Shown here piece by piece: positions 1-22,459 of a DNA stretch of 64,000 nucleotides. This DNA is from the human T2T-CHM13v2.0 reference genome, Homo sapiens, in NCBI RefSeq assembly GCF_009914755.1, contig NC_060940.1. One strand, written 5' to 3'. The translations under genes were made by a program, and so were the position numbers. Positions within the stretch are counted from its first letter, which is position 1. Every line of letters begins with the position of its first letter. The notes under the pieces were generated by a model. That model searched no databases. It worked only from the letters and a program-made list of their open reading frames with translations, and was not told where the DNA came from.

Positions 1-517
<517 letters not shown>

Positions 518-1372
518 CTACACGTAACTCACCCATGTGCTTGGAGATCACACCACGTGTAGCATTAAACAGATGCCCCCAAACCTGGAGGCAGAGGTCC
601 TTTGACATGTCACATCCTACCACAAACTAGGTACAAGCCAGAGACTGTTTTCTCTACCTGGGTAACTGCTTGCAAAGTGTATATTTATAACTCAATCACA
701 TCACACAGTAAGAAAGACTAGGGCTGGAAAATGTACCATTAACAACAGATAAGGGCAATTCTTCCATCAAACAGGAACTTGCAAGCGGGTGGCCTAAAAA
801 AATCCAATAAATGCAGAGACCAAGAAGTTTTTAAGGTAACTTTAAAAAAATCTGTATATAAGTTAAAATATACTTAAAGGCAAATAAATGTGGTCAACAC
901 GATGCTCTGGCATGAAATATGCTTATGGTATCTTGAAACAGAAGAGGCTATAGAGATTCACAGATTACCTACATCATGTTTTACACTTTCAAAAGAAACA
1001 AAAGGGTACTAGAGCTATCACCATGTCTCAAGCACTGTTACACCTGATACACCCTGTATCATTTTGTATAGGCACCATTACCCCATTCTACAAATGAGGA
1101 AACTCAAGTACAGAGTGGTTAAGTCAGTTACCCAAAGCCACACAACTACTGACTACAGGCATGGCATTCTGAACGAGTTCTGCCTGGCTCCAAAGCCACA
1201 GCTCTTTCCACAGTAACCACACTGTCCAAAAAAGGAAGCAAAAGACTCAATACATGTGAGATCCTCTGGCCAGGCTCAGCAGCCCTGTATGTACAGACTC
1301 CAGTGGGCCTAGATGAGTACCCAAATGCCTCTGTCCTTCTTACACAAGAGACTCTTACCCATGCCCTCAACA

Positions 1373-1665
1373 TTTTTTTTTTTTTTTGAGACAGAGTCTC
1401 ACTCTGTTGCCCAGGCTGGAGTGCAGTGGCACAATCTCGGTCACCGCAACCTCTGCCTCCCAGGTTGAAGCGATTCTCCTGCCTCAGCCTCCTGGGTAGC
1501 TGGGATTACAGGCGTGCGCCACCATGCCTGGCTAATTTTTGTATTTTTACTAGAGACAGAGTTTCACCATGTTGGCCAGGCTGGTCTCAAATGGACCTCA
1601 GGTGATCTGCCTGCCTCAGACTCCCAAAATGCTGGGATTACAGGCGTGAGCCACCGCGCCCAGCC
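1373..1665 (-). mobile_element. AluS
   Basis: Full-length Alu; TSD-like acccatgccctc on both sides. Confidence 0.9.
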
Positions 1666-1830
1666 ACCCATGCCCTCTACTAAACAGCTCTTGGAGATGG
1701 TAGAATTACGGTGCTGGAAAGGACCTTGGTTCAACTTTGTCATTTTAGCAATAAGGAAATGGGGGACTAGAGGTGGTAGGATCAGCCCTCATTATATAAT
1801 CGCCCATACATCGTAATCTTTACTGTTTAA

Positions 1831-2194
<364 letters not shown>

Positions 2195-2276
2195 TAGGTT
2201 ATACAGATAACTTTTCTACCAAAAAAACCAACCAACCAACCAACCTAGGTACCAATGGTTATTTATTTTTGAATCA

Positions 2277-2711
<435 letters not shown>

Positions 2712-3481
2712 TTATAAGAGTGTTTATCATGTGCTTTCAATCATCCTAAGCAGTAACTATTACTACTCACGTTTTAAAGATGAGGAATTAAAGAATATTA
2801 CCACCTCTGAGCATCTACTCCTCTACCAGAAGAAACACAGAAAATGGGCATTTCTTTCATTCTTTCTTTTTTAAAAAACAGAGACGGTCTCGCTCTGTCA
2901 CCCAGGCTTGAGTGTATAACACAGCTCACTGCAGTCCCCAACTCCTGGCCTCAAGTGATCCTCCCACCTCAGCCTCCTGAGTAGCTGCGATTATGACAGG
3001 AGTCACCAAATCCGGCAGAAACTACCATTTCTAAACTGTCACAAAGAGATTCAGGAAACTCTCCTATTAACATATGTTAAATTGTTACACTCTAAACCAC
3101 ACCAACTTCGGATTCTCTACTAGAACCAGGCAGAGTAACAATGGTCCCCAGGACAGCCAAGCATTTCTCTCATATAAAACTCCAAAGCTTTAAAAAATCT
3201 TTCTTACCACCTTTATGGGTTAAGTAAAAATTTATCTTCAGTATCTCTTTTTAAAGGCAGGCTAGCCAGAGCAACAGCTAAGTGTCCCATTCCCCAATTT
3301 TGCTAACATACTCTATAAAGGGGGTTAAGTCCTGCAAAAGATACGTACTTCATCTATTCTGTGATTAACTCTCTGAGAACCAAACAGAAAACTGAGAATG
3401 CCTGGCCATGCTGCAGGAACTGCACCCAAGGAAGCAGTCAGAGTCCTGCATACACCCCCTTACCATGGGACCAATGCTTCA

Positions 3482-3670
<189 letters not shown>

Positions 3671-5395
3671 TCACATGACACGGAGAAACTAAGAATTTCA
3701 TGCAAAGTCTGCTGTTGAAGTCTCACCTGCTTTCATAAACAAAGGACTTTGCTGGAAGAGTGGTTGGGAGGGTGGGGAGGAGAGGGTGGTAAAGGCAGCA
3801 AATTCCAAGATCTAAAATGACATTCTACTGCAGTTATCCTTACTTCAAAAGGGAAATAATGAGGCAGGTCCACAGGCCCTATCTATAATTTATAAGACAT
3901 GCATTCGGAGAAGTGAAAGTAAAAGGTAGGGTTAGTTTCTCACAAGAAAAAGTTTCACCACAAGAAAAACAAGAAATCTTCAAAATATGATACAATTAAC
4001 CTAAAAGTCCAGGTACTGTGAACTAAAAAAAGTCTGATCCTGCTTCACAATGGTGAAGAATGGAAGTTATTCACTTTTGATTTTAGTACATCTCCTTCAC
4101 AAACATTCTGAAGGCTAAGAAACTGACGAAAATAATTATAGACCTAGCAAAACTCTTCAGTACAATCTCAGTTAATTATTAAGCACTTCTTCATCTCCCT
4201 CCACCCAAACAACACCCCCCTTCCCCGGATCCTTAAACATCAAGGAGAACCATCGCCAAACATTACTAGGCACTTCTGCCATTTAATAATATGGAATTAC
4301 AGAACATGAGAATTGAAAGGCAGTCAGTCCACAGATCAAAGACCTCCTCTCCATCTCCAATGCCTCTACCTTATTCAGGCCCTCTGCATCCAGACCAAGG
4401 TGAGGACCTGTCAGCCTGACTTCAGTACCTGCTCATTTTGAGCTACTGTCCCTCTGCAGGCAGCGTTCTTTCTAAAACTCAGATCTGGTGATCTTGATCC
4501 CCCACTTCTTGAAGATCTCTAAGGGTCCGGTATTACCTACCACAGTCAATTCCTGAGAAAGGTCACACATTCTAACAGTAGGAAAACTACCAAGGCAGTG
4601 ATTCCCATGGGAATTGGGGGATGGAGGTGAGATAAAAGCCATTTGAAAAATCAGAGAACTTCAGGAAACAGCACTAACTCTTCAGCCTTCCCACAATCTG
4701 CCCCCAACTTACCTTAGCAGCCACCAACCACAAGGCGCTTCTAGCAGTTTCCAAACCCCACACCCTCTTGTCATCTGTGTCCCTGCATACTGACACTTTT
4801 CTGCAAAATACTCAACCCCCGAATCATCCTCCTTCACCAGCTCTAAGCAGTGTAATGCTTCCACAATAATCGGCATGGTGCAATGCAATCACCAATACAT
4901 CTGTCTTCCACCAGACTGAGATTCTTCTATAGTGTTTAAGAGTCGCCTATGCTGAGCCTGTGCCCAGCCCACAGGTCCCAAGCAACAAATGGACTTGCTG
5001 TGTGAATGTACCCAAACTCCCTCACTTGAGGAGAGTGAGGCCAGAGGGAGTAAGGGACCTGACTCAGGTAACCTAGCAGTGAGGGCTAGCATAATGGAGG
5101 AAACGTCCCCAGTGCTGACTCTCTGTCCTCTGCAAAGTCCCTAAAACCTCGGACTATGCACTACTGATGAGGCTCAAAGAAGGCTCCCGTGGTCATTTCC
5201 CCACAGCTCCGAGCCCAGGTCACCTCGTTCTCCCACCTTCTCCACCTAATCTCATCTACTAGCTTCCCCTCTCCACGACCTCAATTTGGTAACCGTCGAG
5301 GCAATGAAGGCATAGAGGGCCAAGTGACTGAAACAATATGCCGACAACCCCAAAGCACCACTACGCTCTCCAAAGAGGGCAGCATCCCACCCTCA

Positions 5396-5704
<309 letters not shown>

Positions 5705-5773
5705 TCAGTGTGTCCGACGGTCCGGCCCAGAGGCCGCGCCCCCCACGGCCCGGCCCGACCGCCCGCGGCCTCA

Positions 5774-6028
<255 letters not shown>

Positions 6029-7059
6029 CTAGGTCTGCGATGGCCACGGGCTCCCACGGGTTGCGAGGCCGCCGAGGTGGCGGGCGGCGGTCAGGCAGCC
6101 GCCGGGGCAGCCATGCGCGGGGAGGCGGTGGCAGGGGCGGGCACCGTCCGGACCGAGGGCGCGCTGGCGGCCTCTGCCGGCTGAGGGGCGCAGCGCAGCA
6201 CCCCGCCACGCTCGCCGATTCCCCTGCGCCGTCGCGGGTCGGGCAGCCGGATGACCGACCCGAAAGCCTAGGCTTTGGGAATGAGACTGATGGACACAAA
6301 AGCGCCATTTATCTAGAGCTCACCATGTGCCAGAGTCACACATTATCTCACTGAATCTTATCTAACCCTTTCACAGATGAGGAACCTGAAGCTCAAAAAA
6401 TTTAAGAAACCCACCCAAGGACCCAAGGCTAGAAGATAACATTCGGTACTTCTAATTTATTCCCCAACCTTGGACCATTATATCATGAACTTGGCCTAAC
6501 CCTACTCAAGCCCTGCATTGAAAGACTAGCCTTAAGGAAGACCCCAGAATCCTCATAAATATCCTGCATTTCCCCCTCCTCCTCCGAAGACTAAAGACTG
6601 TGAAGTAGTGCTCTTGACCGCAGTGCATAATACACTTGGCTTTGCTTTATTAACATGCTTTTTAAAATGATGTTTTCAGGGAGCCAGCATTTCACACCAG
6701 AAGAGGAGCCCTTAATTTCCTTGGGGGCCAGCTGGCAGGTGCAGAGCGGGGAGAAAAATAAAAGGAAAGGGGATGGAAAAGGGAAAGAGCGGAGAGTAAC
6801 CGAAGGAAAAACATACATTCCATTATCAAGCTTAATTTTAGGTGTGGCCTCTACTTGAGGGCTCTTGCCATTCTCTATGGAAACAGGCTAACAAGACATT
6901 TCTAAATATCACAAGGAAGTGGAATGTGGCAGAAAAGCACCACCTAAGTAGGTTTCAGATGAGTAGGATTGTGATCCTGATGCCAAAAAATCTGGCGGCA
7001 TGAATTACGGGATAAAACAAATGGGCATATCATCTGCCAAACTGGATGTAAGGTTTAAA

Positions 7060-8340
<1,281 letters not shown>

Positions 8341-8683
8341 GTAGACATTTCTGAAAAGCTAAAGCAAATAAACATACACCAAAAAGAAGTGAACCTGACT
8401 ATATGATGTGGGAGTATTCAAAGCAACTGCATAATTAGTCTTTAGAAGAAGAAACTTTTTTTTTTTCCTCTAGGATACTACAATAAACAATAGAAGAGGA
8501 AACTTTTTTAAGAGATAGGGTCTTGCTCTTGTCCAGGCCAGAGTACAGTGAAACACTCATAACTAACTACAACCTCGAACTCCTGGGCTCAAGCGATCCT
8601 CCCACTTCAGCCTCTCAAGTAGTTAGGACCACAGGGGCATGCCACCACATCCAGCTAATTTTTAAATTTTTTTGTAAAGATAG

Positions 8684-8851
<168 letters not shown>

Positions 8852-8941
8852 TAAATAGCTTGGGGAACTATTCTTTCTGAATTCTGGGGAGGGACTTTTG
8901 TACCATATAAAAATACTAAAATCCAAATGTCCCACATAGTA

Positions 8942-8947
8942 TTTATT
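8942..8947 (-). terminator. TERB1: TERB1 polyadenylation signal AATAAA
   Basis: tttatt on plus strand, ~320 nt after the stop codon. Confidence 0.75.
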
Positions 8948-9265
8948 GCAATATAATGTCAAATAACATTTAAAGGCTAATTCTTTTCTCTGTGTCCTTT
9001 AAGCTTAAGGAAAAATAAAAGCATATTCCTAAACAAATGTTTGATCTTATGAAGGAATTTTCTTACTAATCTGTACACTGATGATATATTTGCTTTATAA
9101 ATCATTGTAATTTGATGAGTTTCAGCATCACAAAAACTGTTTAATGAAAACTGTATCCTCATTTCCACATTCCTTCTCATGAGAGTTTAGAAAAATACTT
9201 TAAATGTATCTTTCAAGGCACTGTATTTTAAGAATCCAAACTAAAAACTGACAGTCTTCTTTCAA

Positions 9266-9453
9266 TCAAGAAGCTGCACACGTGGGGTGTTTGGTCAGCT
9301 TGTGGTATTTGTGAGCAAGGTCCACAGCCTTCCGTCCTTGCTGAAAGGGGAAAGACCACAAAATTGAATTCCAGTGATTTCCCATTTTCTTAACTCCATT
9401 GAAAAGGTAATTTACTTCTTCTTCAGTAAAGTTTTTGCGAATTCTTCTTTTTT
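9266..9453 (-). CDS. TERB1: TERB1 last coding exon, Myb/telobox domain (KKRRIRKNFTEEEVNYLFNGVKKMGNHWNSILWSFPFQQGRKAVDLAHKYHKL...AAS*)
   Basis: 188 nt to TGA; TRF-like Myb domain. Confidence 0.97.
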
Positions 9454-9742
9454 CTATAATTAGAATTGTAGAATATATTAGTATTTGCTGAACAAAGGTC
9501 CTGAGATGCAAATAAGTGCTTATTTGGATATGCTTAACTTATACCTAAGGATATAAACTACAGAGTGAGAAATGCCAGGGCTTCTCATCATGTGGAAACC
9601 CACTTCAATTTTAAAAACCTGAGTGCCTAATATTAAGCTAGTTGCTATCACTGTGACTTCTTCAGTAATTATAACTTAATTGACAGTAGTAATACAACAT
9701 CTTTCAGTCAAGAAACAAAAGTTTATAAACATTTGATTGTTA

Positions 9743-10171
<429 letters not shown>

Positions 10172-12732
10172 TTAAATATTAGGTTTGATAATATTTTTAA
10201 GAATAAGGGTCTTTTGAAATTTGCTTTTAAAAACACATGGTCAGCTAGATCAAAACTCAAAATATAGGCTGCACAATGAGGAAGGAAGTTTTTAACTATT
10301 TGGTTTTTAAGGGATACTTTCTATAAAGAAAGAATATACAGCTGGTATCTGTAAACAAATATTTTCTGGTGATGATTACTAGGAAATAGTTTTCTTTAAG
10401 CTTTTTCATTCATTATTATCTCATCTTATCAATGTGGGTAGATGCTGGTGAGGAGAAGTTTTCTGTATTTCCAGTTGAGGCTGTTATTTACTTTCGTAGT
10501 ACTGGGTGCAGTTGTCCTGGGTCACCCTTAGAAAACCTTGCCCTTGCAGGCCAAGACAGCCATTTGTTTACCTTTTCTAAGAGCCACAGTTCAGACCTTT
10601 TAAAACAGATGAAAAAATCTTCCCAGCAGAAGGTTATCAGTGTAAATGTCTGATTATTACTTAATAGTATTATTTAGAATGTAAGCTCCATGAGGGCAGC
10701 AATTTTGATCTATTTTATTCACCATTGTATCCCCAGTGCTTAGAATAGTATCTGACACACAGTAGGTAGTCAATAAATACTTGTTGAGAGAAAAAATTTA
10801 TTGGTAAAACTATCTCAAAGCTTATCAATGAAATTATTCTTTCATTTTGGGTGTACTGGAAAACTGTGGCTATCCAAGAAATAGGTTTCAACTTCCCTTG
10901 CTAAATGATTTGAACCCATAATAATCAGGACTAGATTGGTTACTATAACTTTCAGGATATTGAGCCCTGGAGTTGATCATGTAAAGCCCCACTTTTCCAT
11001 TGTGGCTGCCATCTCCCTGACTTTTATACTTAATATCTGTGCCCAAATCTTCAAAGATTCCTACAGCAGAGTACTGAGCAGCCTGGAAGAAGGAAGCAGC
11101 TCTCTACACCCCAAGCTCCCCGCTCTGTGACTTCTTTAGTGCTCCTTGTAATATTAGGTATTAGGGAAGAGCAAGGGAAAATGGGCAAGAGGGCTTAATT
11201 CTAAGGACTCTTTTATTTTTCAAGCCCTCTCAAAACACCAATCCATCCTGAAATAGAGACTTGGGGAAATCTGTAAATGCTTAGGACAGTGGTTCCTTCT
11301 CAGAAGAATGGGCTCACATTTGAGTATAAAGTATAATTAAATGAACGGTGGTGAGTATCCTAAAAAAAGGTTAAGTTTATCAAGGGGGAAAAAATGGCAA
11401 CATACCAAATATTCCTGGCCGGCTTGTGAAAGAGATGTAAGAATCACTACTTTCTCAAGGTTCCTTTCTAAATTCTAAAAAGTAGGCCAGATTATTTGGT
11501 TTTAGCTAAAGCAAGTCTTACCTACAAAAAAAAGGCATGTTTTTCTGAGCTCAATGTCACTTAACAGTATATAGGACTGCTGTATATAATCATTGTATAA
11601 CCATTATTATGCACATTTCATGAAGTTCTGCAAATTATTTTAATATGCAAATAGATTACAGCATATTTTTCATTGTTACGTACTTGCTTTGAAGACATGT
11701 TGCTGAAAAACACCTATTATTAATTTGATGCCAAGCCCTTGTCAAGAACAAGATCTCCAAGTGCATGATGTTTCTATGAAAAAACACCCATTTTCTAACA
11801 ATTACTATAGAAAACATTACTTCAGAAAGTGGGCTCATCTGTAGTGGTACTATACTTAATTATAATTTGCATGCAGAACTTTTAATCTAGAAAAAGACTC
11901 AGATATAAAAATCAAATTTGAAATTTCCTTGAAAGTTTTGGCAGTGAAAATAGCCAAATAAATATATGTGGCAAAATGCTTCCTGAATGTATCACGTCCA
12001 AATGTCTAAATAACAGAGTGGCTCTATAGGTGTTACTAATTAATATATCCAACCTATTTTAGTCTGCAGGTATTAACTCCGTACGAATAAAAGAAAATGA
12101 TGATGTTATTTAAGTTTCTGATACATCGGAAATGGTGATCAATGTGAAATGTTAACCCTATAGTTAAATAAAAATTCCCATAAATTAACTAATTGTTTAA
12201 GAGGCATTTTTATTTCTTAAGCAGAGTTTTAAAGTTTATACTATTTGTCTCTTCAATTTTTATTGTTTCAAGCACTATAGTTATGAACAAAAACCTGCAA
12301 AGTCTCTCTGAAGCACTTGTGCATAATAATTTTGTTCTTAAAATAGAAATGTGAGGATAGAACAAGGGCTTCTGGAGAATGGCTTTTTGAATCTAAGTTC
12401 TGCCACTTACCAAGTATTAATAATTATGCCTTACAATAGGAGCAAATTAATATCTAACTTACAATATTGCTATAGGAATTAAAGGAAATAATATCTATAC
12501 AACACCTAACACCTAGCAGGTGCTTAATAAATGTTAGTTTCCTCCTGCTCCTTCCCCTGCTGGCAGGCAGTGAGTGAGCAAGCAACATGAAGGGAAGAGG
12601 AAAGTCTCTTTTATTAGAAGGTCTGACCCTCATCAGAGGCAAGGTTTATCATTTAAGATCCATTAATAATAAGACTGAGAACAACCACTCAGCTGTTCTT
12701 TCTCAGAAATATATGAAATTTAAGTTCATTTA

Positions 12733-13062
<330 letters not shown>

Positions 13063-13128
13063 TTATTCCTCCAGGGGTAGTAGATTCATTACTGAGTCGT
13101 TGTCTTCTACGTGGGGTCAGCAGAATTT
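13063..13128 (-). CDS. TERB1: TERB1 coding exon 16 (KILLTPRRRQRLSNESTTPGGI), TRF1-binding IxLxP motif and T648 CDK site
   Basis: 66 nt, CAG/GTGAAT; ILLTP falls at residues 645-649. Confidence 0.95.
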
Positions 13129-13430
13129 CTGAAAAATATGGAAAACATTTAGCACATTTAGCGTATCAATCTGAGTAATAGCATATCAATTCCATTAGTA
13201 TATTTCCTTTATTCCCCCGTCTAGTGGGAATACTTAGATAGATTAGGAAGAATTTTTAAACCAACAGTCTAAGACTACTCCCTGGGTACATCTTCAATTA
13301 CTTGTTGCTTAGAGACAGATTTTCTTTTTAAGATTATTTTATCCTCTAGTTTTTAATATATTTAATGCTTTAGATAATAGTTCAGAAGGTATAGCCATAA
13401 TTACAATTTTAAAGCTGCTGAATTAATTAC

Positions 13431-13580
13431 TTTTGTTACAGATAAGTGATTTCCTTAGTTCACTTTTATATCTGTCTTCAGCTTCCACAATGACTTTGTG
13501 ACGATCACATTGGTATGGGCAAGAGTGCAAGAGCTTGCTAAAGTTTCGGCTATTCAGGGATTTTTCTACTGCTATGCAAC
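13431..13580 (-). CDS. TERB1: TERB1 coding exon 15 (GCIAVEKSLNSRNFSKLLHSCPYQCDRHKVIVEAEDRYKSELRKSLICNK), TERB2-binding / Zn site
   Basis: 150 nt; by my numbering carries C595, C618, H621. Confidence 0.95.
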
Positions 13581-13791
13581 CTAAAAGAAAACAAATTAAA
13601 GTTATGTGTAGATGTCACAAAATATCTAGTAACAAATCTATGATAGCAAATATCTATATGATGGTAACTGAAGTAAAATCAGGAACTATAAACACCTCAA
13701 GAAGCTCAAAATCATATGAGGGAGTAAAGACAACAAATACAACAGAGTGAAATAAGTGCTGGGAGGGAGGTATGAACAGTTACGGTGCTTT

Positions 13792-16367
<2,576 letters not shown>

Positions 16368-16684
16368 TTTGTCTGGTTTTGAGCAAGAGTCCCTGTTAAG
16401 GGAAGATATCCAAAAGAAGTGATCCTTAAGCTCAGTCATCTTTTTTGTTTTTAACATTTTATTATGTAAAATTTCAAACACTGAACTCCCATATATCTAT
16501 CACCCAGCTTCAATAATTATTAACTCATGGCTAATCATGTTTTATTTATACCTCTACCTACTCAGCTCTGTCCCCACGTATGCACTGGATTATGACACCT
16601 GGAATTTACATTAAAGTATCATTTCATCTGTAAATACTTCACATGCATCCTTAACAGATAAGGAATTGTTTTTTGTTTGTTTGT

Positions 16685-17276
<592 letters not shown>

Positions 17277-17946
17277 GGACTCCTTTTTGTAAACAGATAA
17301 AACTATTATGACACCTAAAAATTCATGCTTAATATAATCTAACATCTAGTGTTCAATTTTCCCTATCAATTCAAAAATTTCTTTTGAAAGTTGGTTGTTG
17401 GAATCATGATCCAAATAAGGTTCATCATTACTTTTTTTTTTTTAAGAGACAGGGTCTCACTATGTTGCTCAGGCTGGACTTGCACTCCTGGGCTCAAGCA
17501 ATCCTCCCACCTCAGCCTCCCACGTAGCTGGAACTACAGACACACGCACCACTGTGTCTGACTTACATTCGGTTAACATATGTCAAGGTGCTTTTAATCT
17601 ACCAGTTCCCCTCTCTTCCTTGTCATTTACTTACTGAAGATACTAGGTCATTTGTACTATAGTTTCTCAAAGGCTAAGTTTTGCTGATTGCATCCTAGTT
17701 GTGTCCTTTAAAATGTTGTTGTGTGTCCTATAAACTAGTAATTAAATCTAAATGATTGGTCAGATTCAGGTTCAAGTGTTTTTACTAGAATTCCATGAAG
17801 GTAGTATTGTATGTTTCTTACTGTATCATATTAAGAGGTACATATTGTCCGTCTCTCTCTTTTTTAAAAAAGAAATTGTAATTGGGCAGCCTCTTGAGCC
17901 AATAGGGTTAGAAAAACTCCCTCTTTTTTTAAATATTAAGATAGAT

Positions 17947-18052
17947 CAGCAGCAAACCACCATGGCACATGTTTACCCACGTAACAAACCTGCACATCCT
18001 GCACACGTATCCCTGAACTTAAAATAAAAGTTGGAAAAACATTTTTTAAAAA
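17947..18052 (+). mobile_element. 5'-truncated L1PA 3' end
   Basis: cagcaaaccaccatggcacatg...aacctgcacatcctgcac...aacttaaaataaaag; flanked by TSD aagatagat. Confidence 0.8.
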
Positions 18053-19698
18053 AAGATAGATTGGTAGGTTCAGGTAATGTCAGCCATGTCCATCCAGTAT
18101 AAAGTTCTCCATCAGTTTGTCACCTAATTGTATTAGTGGCCCATTCCTAAAGGACTAGAAGTTGGCCACGCAGATAGTTGGCTGAGATGAAGACATTTCA
18201 GTACAATAAAGATGTGCAAAACCACTGAAGTGTGAAAAAGCATAGTATTCAGAGCATCATGGACACTCTAATATGGCTAGAGTACAGAGAAGTATGGGAG
18301 AAAAGCTGGGGATGGGAAGGGTTGCAGGGAACGAGACCAAGAAAAGTCTTGAAAGCCATGCTAAGGAATTTTAACTCTTCAAGGCAACAGGGAGGAACAT
18401 AGAGATACTTATTAAAAGCAGGAAGATGACACGATTTCATTTGTCTTGTAGAAAGGGCACCTGAAGGCAAGAGGATCAGTTGAGAGGTTACTTTAGTAGT
18501 CCGCAAAATAAATGAAGGGATTTTGAAACAAGGCATTTGCGGGGAGAATGGGGAGATTTCTGAGGTAAAATTAGCAGGGTTTGATGAATAATGAGCTGTT
18601 GGGATAAGGGAAACGTTTAGGATAATTCTCAAGAAATTCAGTACTTGATCAAATGGCAAAGTTTGAAATAACCATAGCACATTTCTAGCAGATTCAGAGT
18701 AAATGCACAGTAAAATTTAACAAGTGGAAGCAGGACAAAATTCCACAAAACTTTGAAAGCCAGGCAGAGAGGTTGATTCAGTGGGTTACAGAGAAGCACT
18801 GAGGGTTCTTTAGCATGATGACACGATAAAGCACATATTAAGAAGATAAGTTAACAGTGATATGCATATTATACTTGGGAGTTGGAGAGGCTTGAGACAA
18901 AGACTGCTAGAAAATTGCTGCGATAATTTAGGCATGAAACAAAAAGGGCCTATGTGGCAAAAAAGAACAAAATTTGATAGACTAGAAATAAGGGACGGAA
19001 CGAGAGAGAACAGTCATGGATGATTCAAGGCTTAAAGTCTGGGAGACCAGACAAATAGTGGCAACACTGACAGAAATGCAGTGAGTTGGGAGGCCAATTT
19101 AAAAGGAAGAAAGATGCTGTGGATGTTGTGTTTAGGATACATTAAGCTTAAAGTAACAAGAAGATATTGAAGTGGGTATGTGCTGAGAACTACTGGAAAT
19201 GAAAGAATAAGGCTATAGCCCACGTTAGAAGCCAAAAGTCAAGATACATATTTGAAAACCATCAATAAAATGATAGATGATGCTACAAAAGTAAATGTAG
19301 TGAAAGAACTGCGTAGGTGCTATAGACTAGGTCTTGAGGAGAATACTTGTGGCAATCTGGCAGGAAGAGAGAGATAAAGGTGAAGACTGAGTTCTATTCA
19401 TCTTCGATTCCAGTGCCAGCCAAGGACTAAGCACTCCATAATGTTTGTGGAATGAATGAATGGTAACTAGGGGAGAAAGGAACAAGGAAATAACCATCTC
19501 ATACAAACTAAGCAATTACAGAACATCCACTTTGCCACCTAGAATACTTTTGACCAGAGATTCCCAAACTTTCTAGGTTCATGGCACCTCTAAGCCAAAA
19601 GAAATGCCTAATGATTCTGTCAGATCCAAGACAACTTAATAAGTATTTATGTTCTAACAACTTAGTAGCCATTTGAAAAAATAATACAATTAAACTGA

Positions 19699-20064
<366 letters not shown>

Positions 20065-20137
20065 TAATGGTATATGTGCATCTGCTGGGAGGAGTGGATG
20101 AATAATTGAAAGGATAGCAAATCAAACAAACTATTGG

Positions 20138-20461
<324 letters not shown>

Positions 20462-21424
20462 GGGTATTTTTTTAAGATGAGGAAAAATGAGCATAGTTCA
20501 AGGTGGAACAAAAGGAGTTAATGAATAGAATGGAAGTGAAGAGAAAGATTTTGCAATTAGTATTAAAATGTGGAGAAAAAAAAGATATGAGATTCAGCTT
20601 ATGGCTGGACATCAGTTTTAGAAGAATAGAGATAACCTCTTCATCCAAGAGGGAAGAACAATGATGTTCTGAGCCGAATATAGAGAACCTCAATTTTGTC
20701 CATAGAGCAGAGTACAACAGCAAGATGAAAAAAGAGGAAATACCGGGGTGTGAAGGAGGAGGAGAAGGGATGGAATAAGTATTGTGGAACATTTACAAGA
20801 GCCCTGCAGAAAAAACAAATAATGAACATGAAACAGTAGAAACATTTACATATTATAAATATAAAAATAGGTATTTTTAAAACTTAATGCCTATGTTTAC
20901 AGGATAATCCAGAATGCATACCTAGTAATAACGGCTCTCTGAAAACATTAAAAAATGTTTATTTTACTCAGTAAGGTTAAATTCATAGATGGTATTAAGA
21001 CAAAAAGATAATAAAGTAATAAAAAGGTACTAACTGTGTTTATTCATACATACAAATATTGGAAGCTCAGCCTGATGCTGATAAAAGGTGTTTTTTTTGT
21101 TTTGCTTTGTTTTTAATTATAGAGACAAGGTCTCGCTATGTTGACCATGCTGGTTTTGAACTCCTGGCCTCAAGAAATCCTCCAGCCTTGGCCTTCCAAA
21201 GTGTTGAGATTACAGCTGCCTCACCTGGCCCAGATAGAAGATATTAATTTGAATGCTTTGATATTCCACAGTATTATTTCTCCAAAGGGAACAAAGTAAA
21301 TCATACATGTAGAACTATTATAAATTCTAGTTAATTACAATAAGCGTGGTGGCTCATGTCTGTAACACCAGCACTTTGAGAGGCTGAGGCAGGCAGATCA
21401 TTTGAGGTCAGGAGTTCAAGATCA

Positions 21425-21646
<222 letters not shown>

Positions 21647-21705
21647 CTAGTTAATATCATAAAAGGCTTTGACTGTGAAACAACTGCAATTAAAAAAATA
21701 CTTAC

Positions 21706-21801
21706 CTGAGCACCTATACGTCAACATTTCGGAACAACTGGGAGTTGCTAGAAAACTGACTACTTCTTTATTTATTATATCTGAACATAATGTAAATGGA
21801 T
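21706..21801 (-). CDS. TERB1: TERB1 coding exon 14 (DPFTLCSDIINKEVVSFLATPSCSEMLTYRCS)
   Basis: 96 nt, CAG/GTAAGT. Confidence 0.95.
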
Positions 21802-22015
21802 CTGAAAAAAATTGCAAAATGAAGGATTTTTGGATTAATGAAAAGAATCAGATATTTTCAGGATTTATTAAATATCAAGCTTTTCATAAACCTTAGCCTA
21901 GTACTATGCCTCCAGTCATGCTGGTGAATAAACAGAAAGATTCTGGATCTTAATGGAAGGCATTTACAACAGAAAGAGTCAAAGGTGTGGCTTATGCTTT
22001 AGAGGGCCAATATAG

Positions 22016-22237
<222 letters not shown>

Positions 22238-22394
22238 TGAACTCCTGACCTCAGCTGATCTGCCCACCTAGGCCTCCCAAAGTGCTGGGATTACAGGCGT
22301 GAGCCACCGCACCCAGTCAATGTGCATTTTTAGCTATATTGGTTACCTAAATATCTGTTTTATTAAAAAACCAAAGAAACATTTTTAATCATAC

Positions 22395-22459
22395 CTGTTA
22401 CTGGTAACTGCTGCTTTATATTTTTGGCAATGTGAACTGGGTGTTTAAAAACATGGTCA
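22395..22459 (-). CDS. TERB1: TERB1 coding exon 13 (DHVFKHPVHIAKNIKQQLPVT)
   Basis: 65 nt, TAG/GTATGA. Confidence 0.93.

Noticed and set aside
10380-10600. Possible alternative TERB1 terminal exon in the last intron
   Set aside because: Only weak splice signals and no recognisable peptide; cannot be supported
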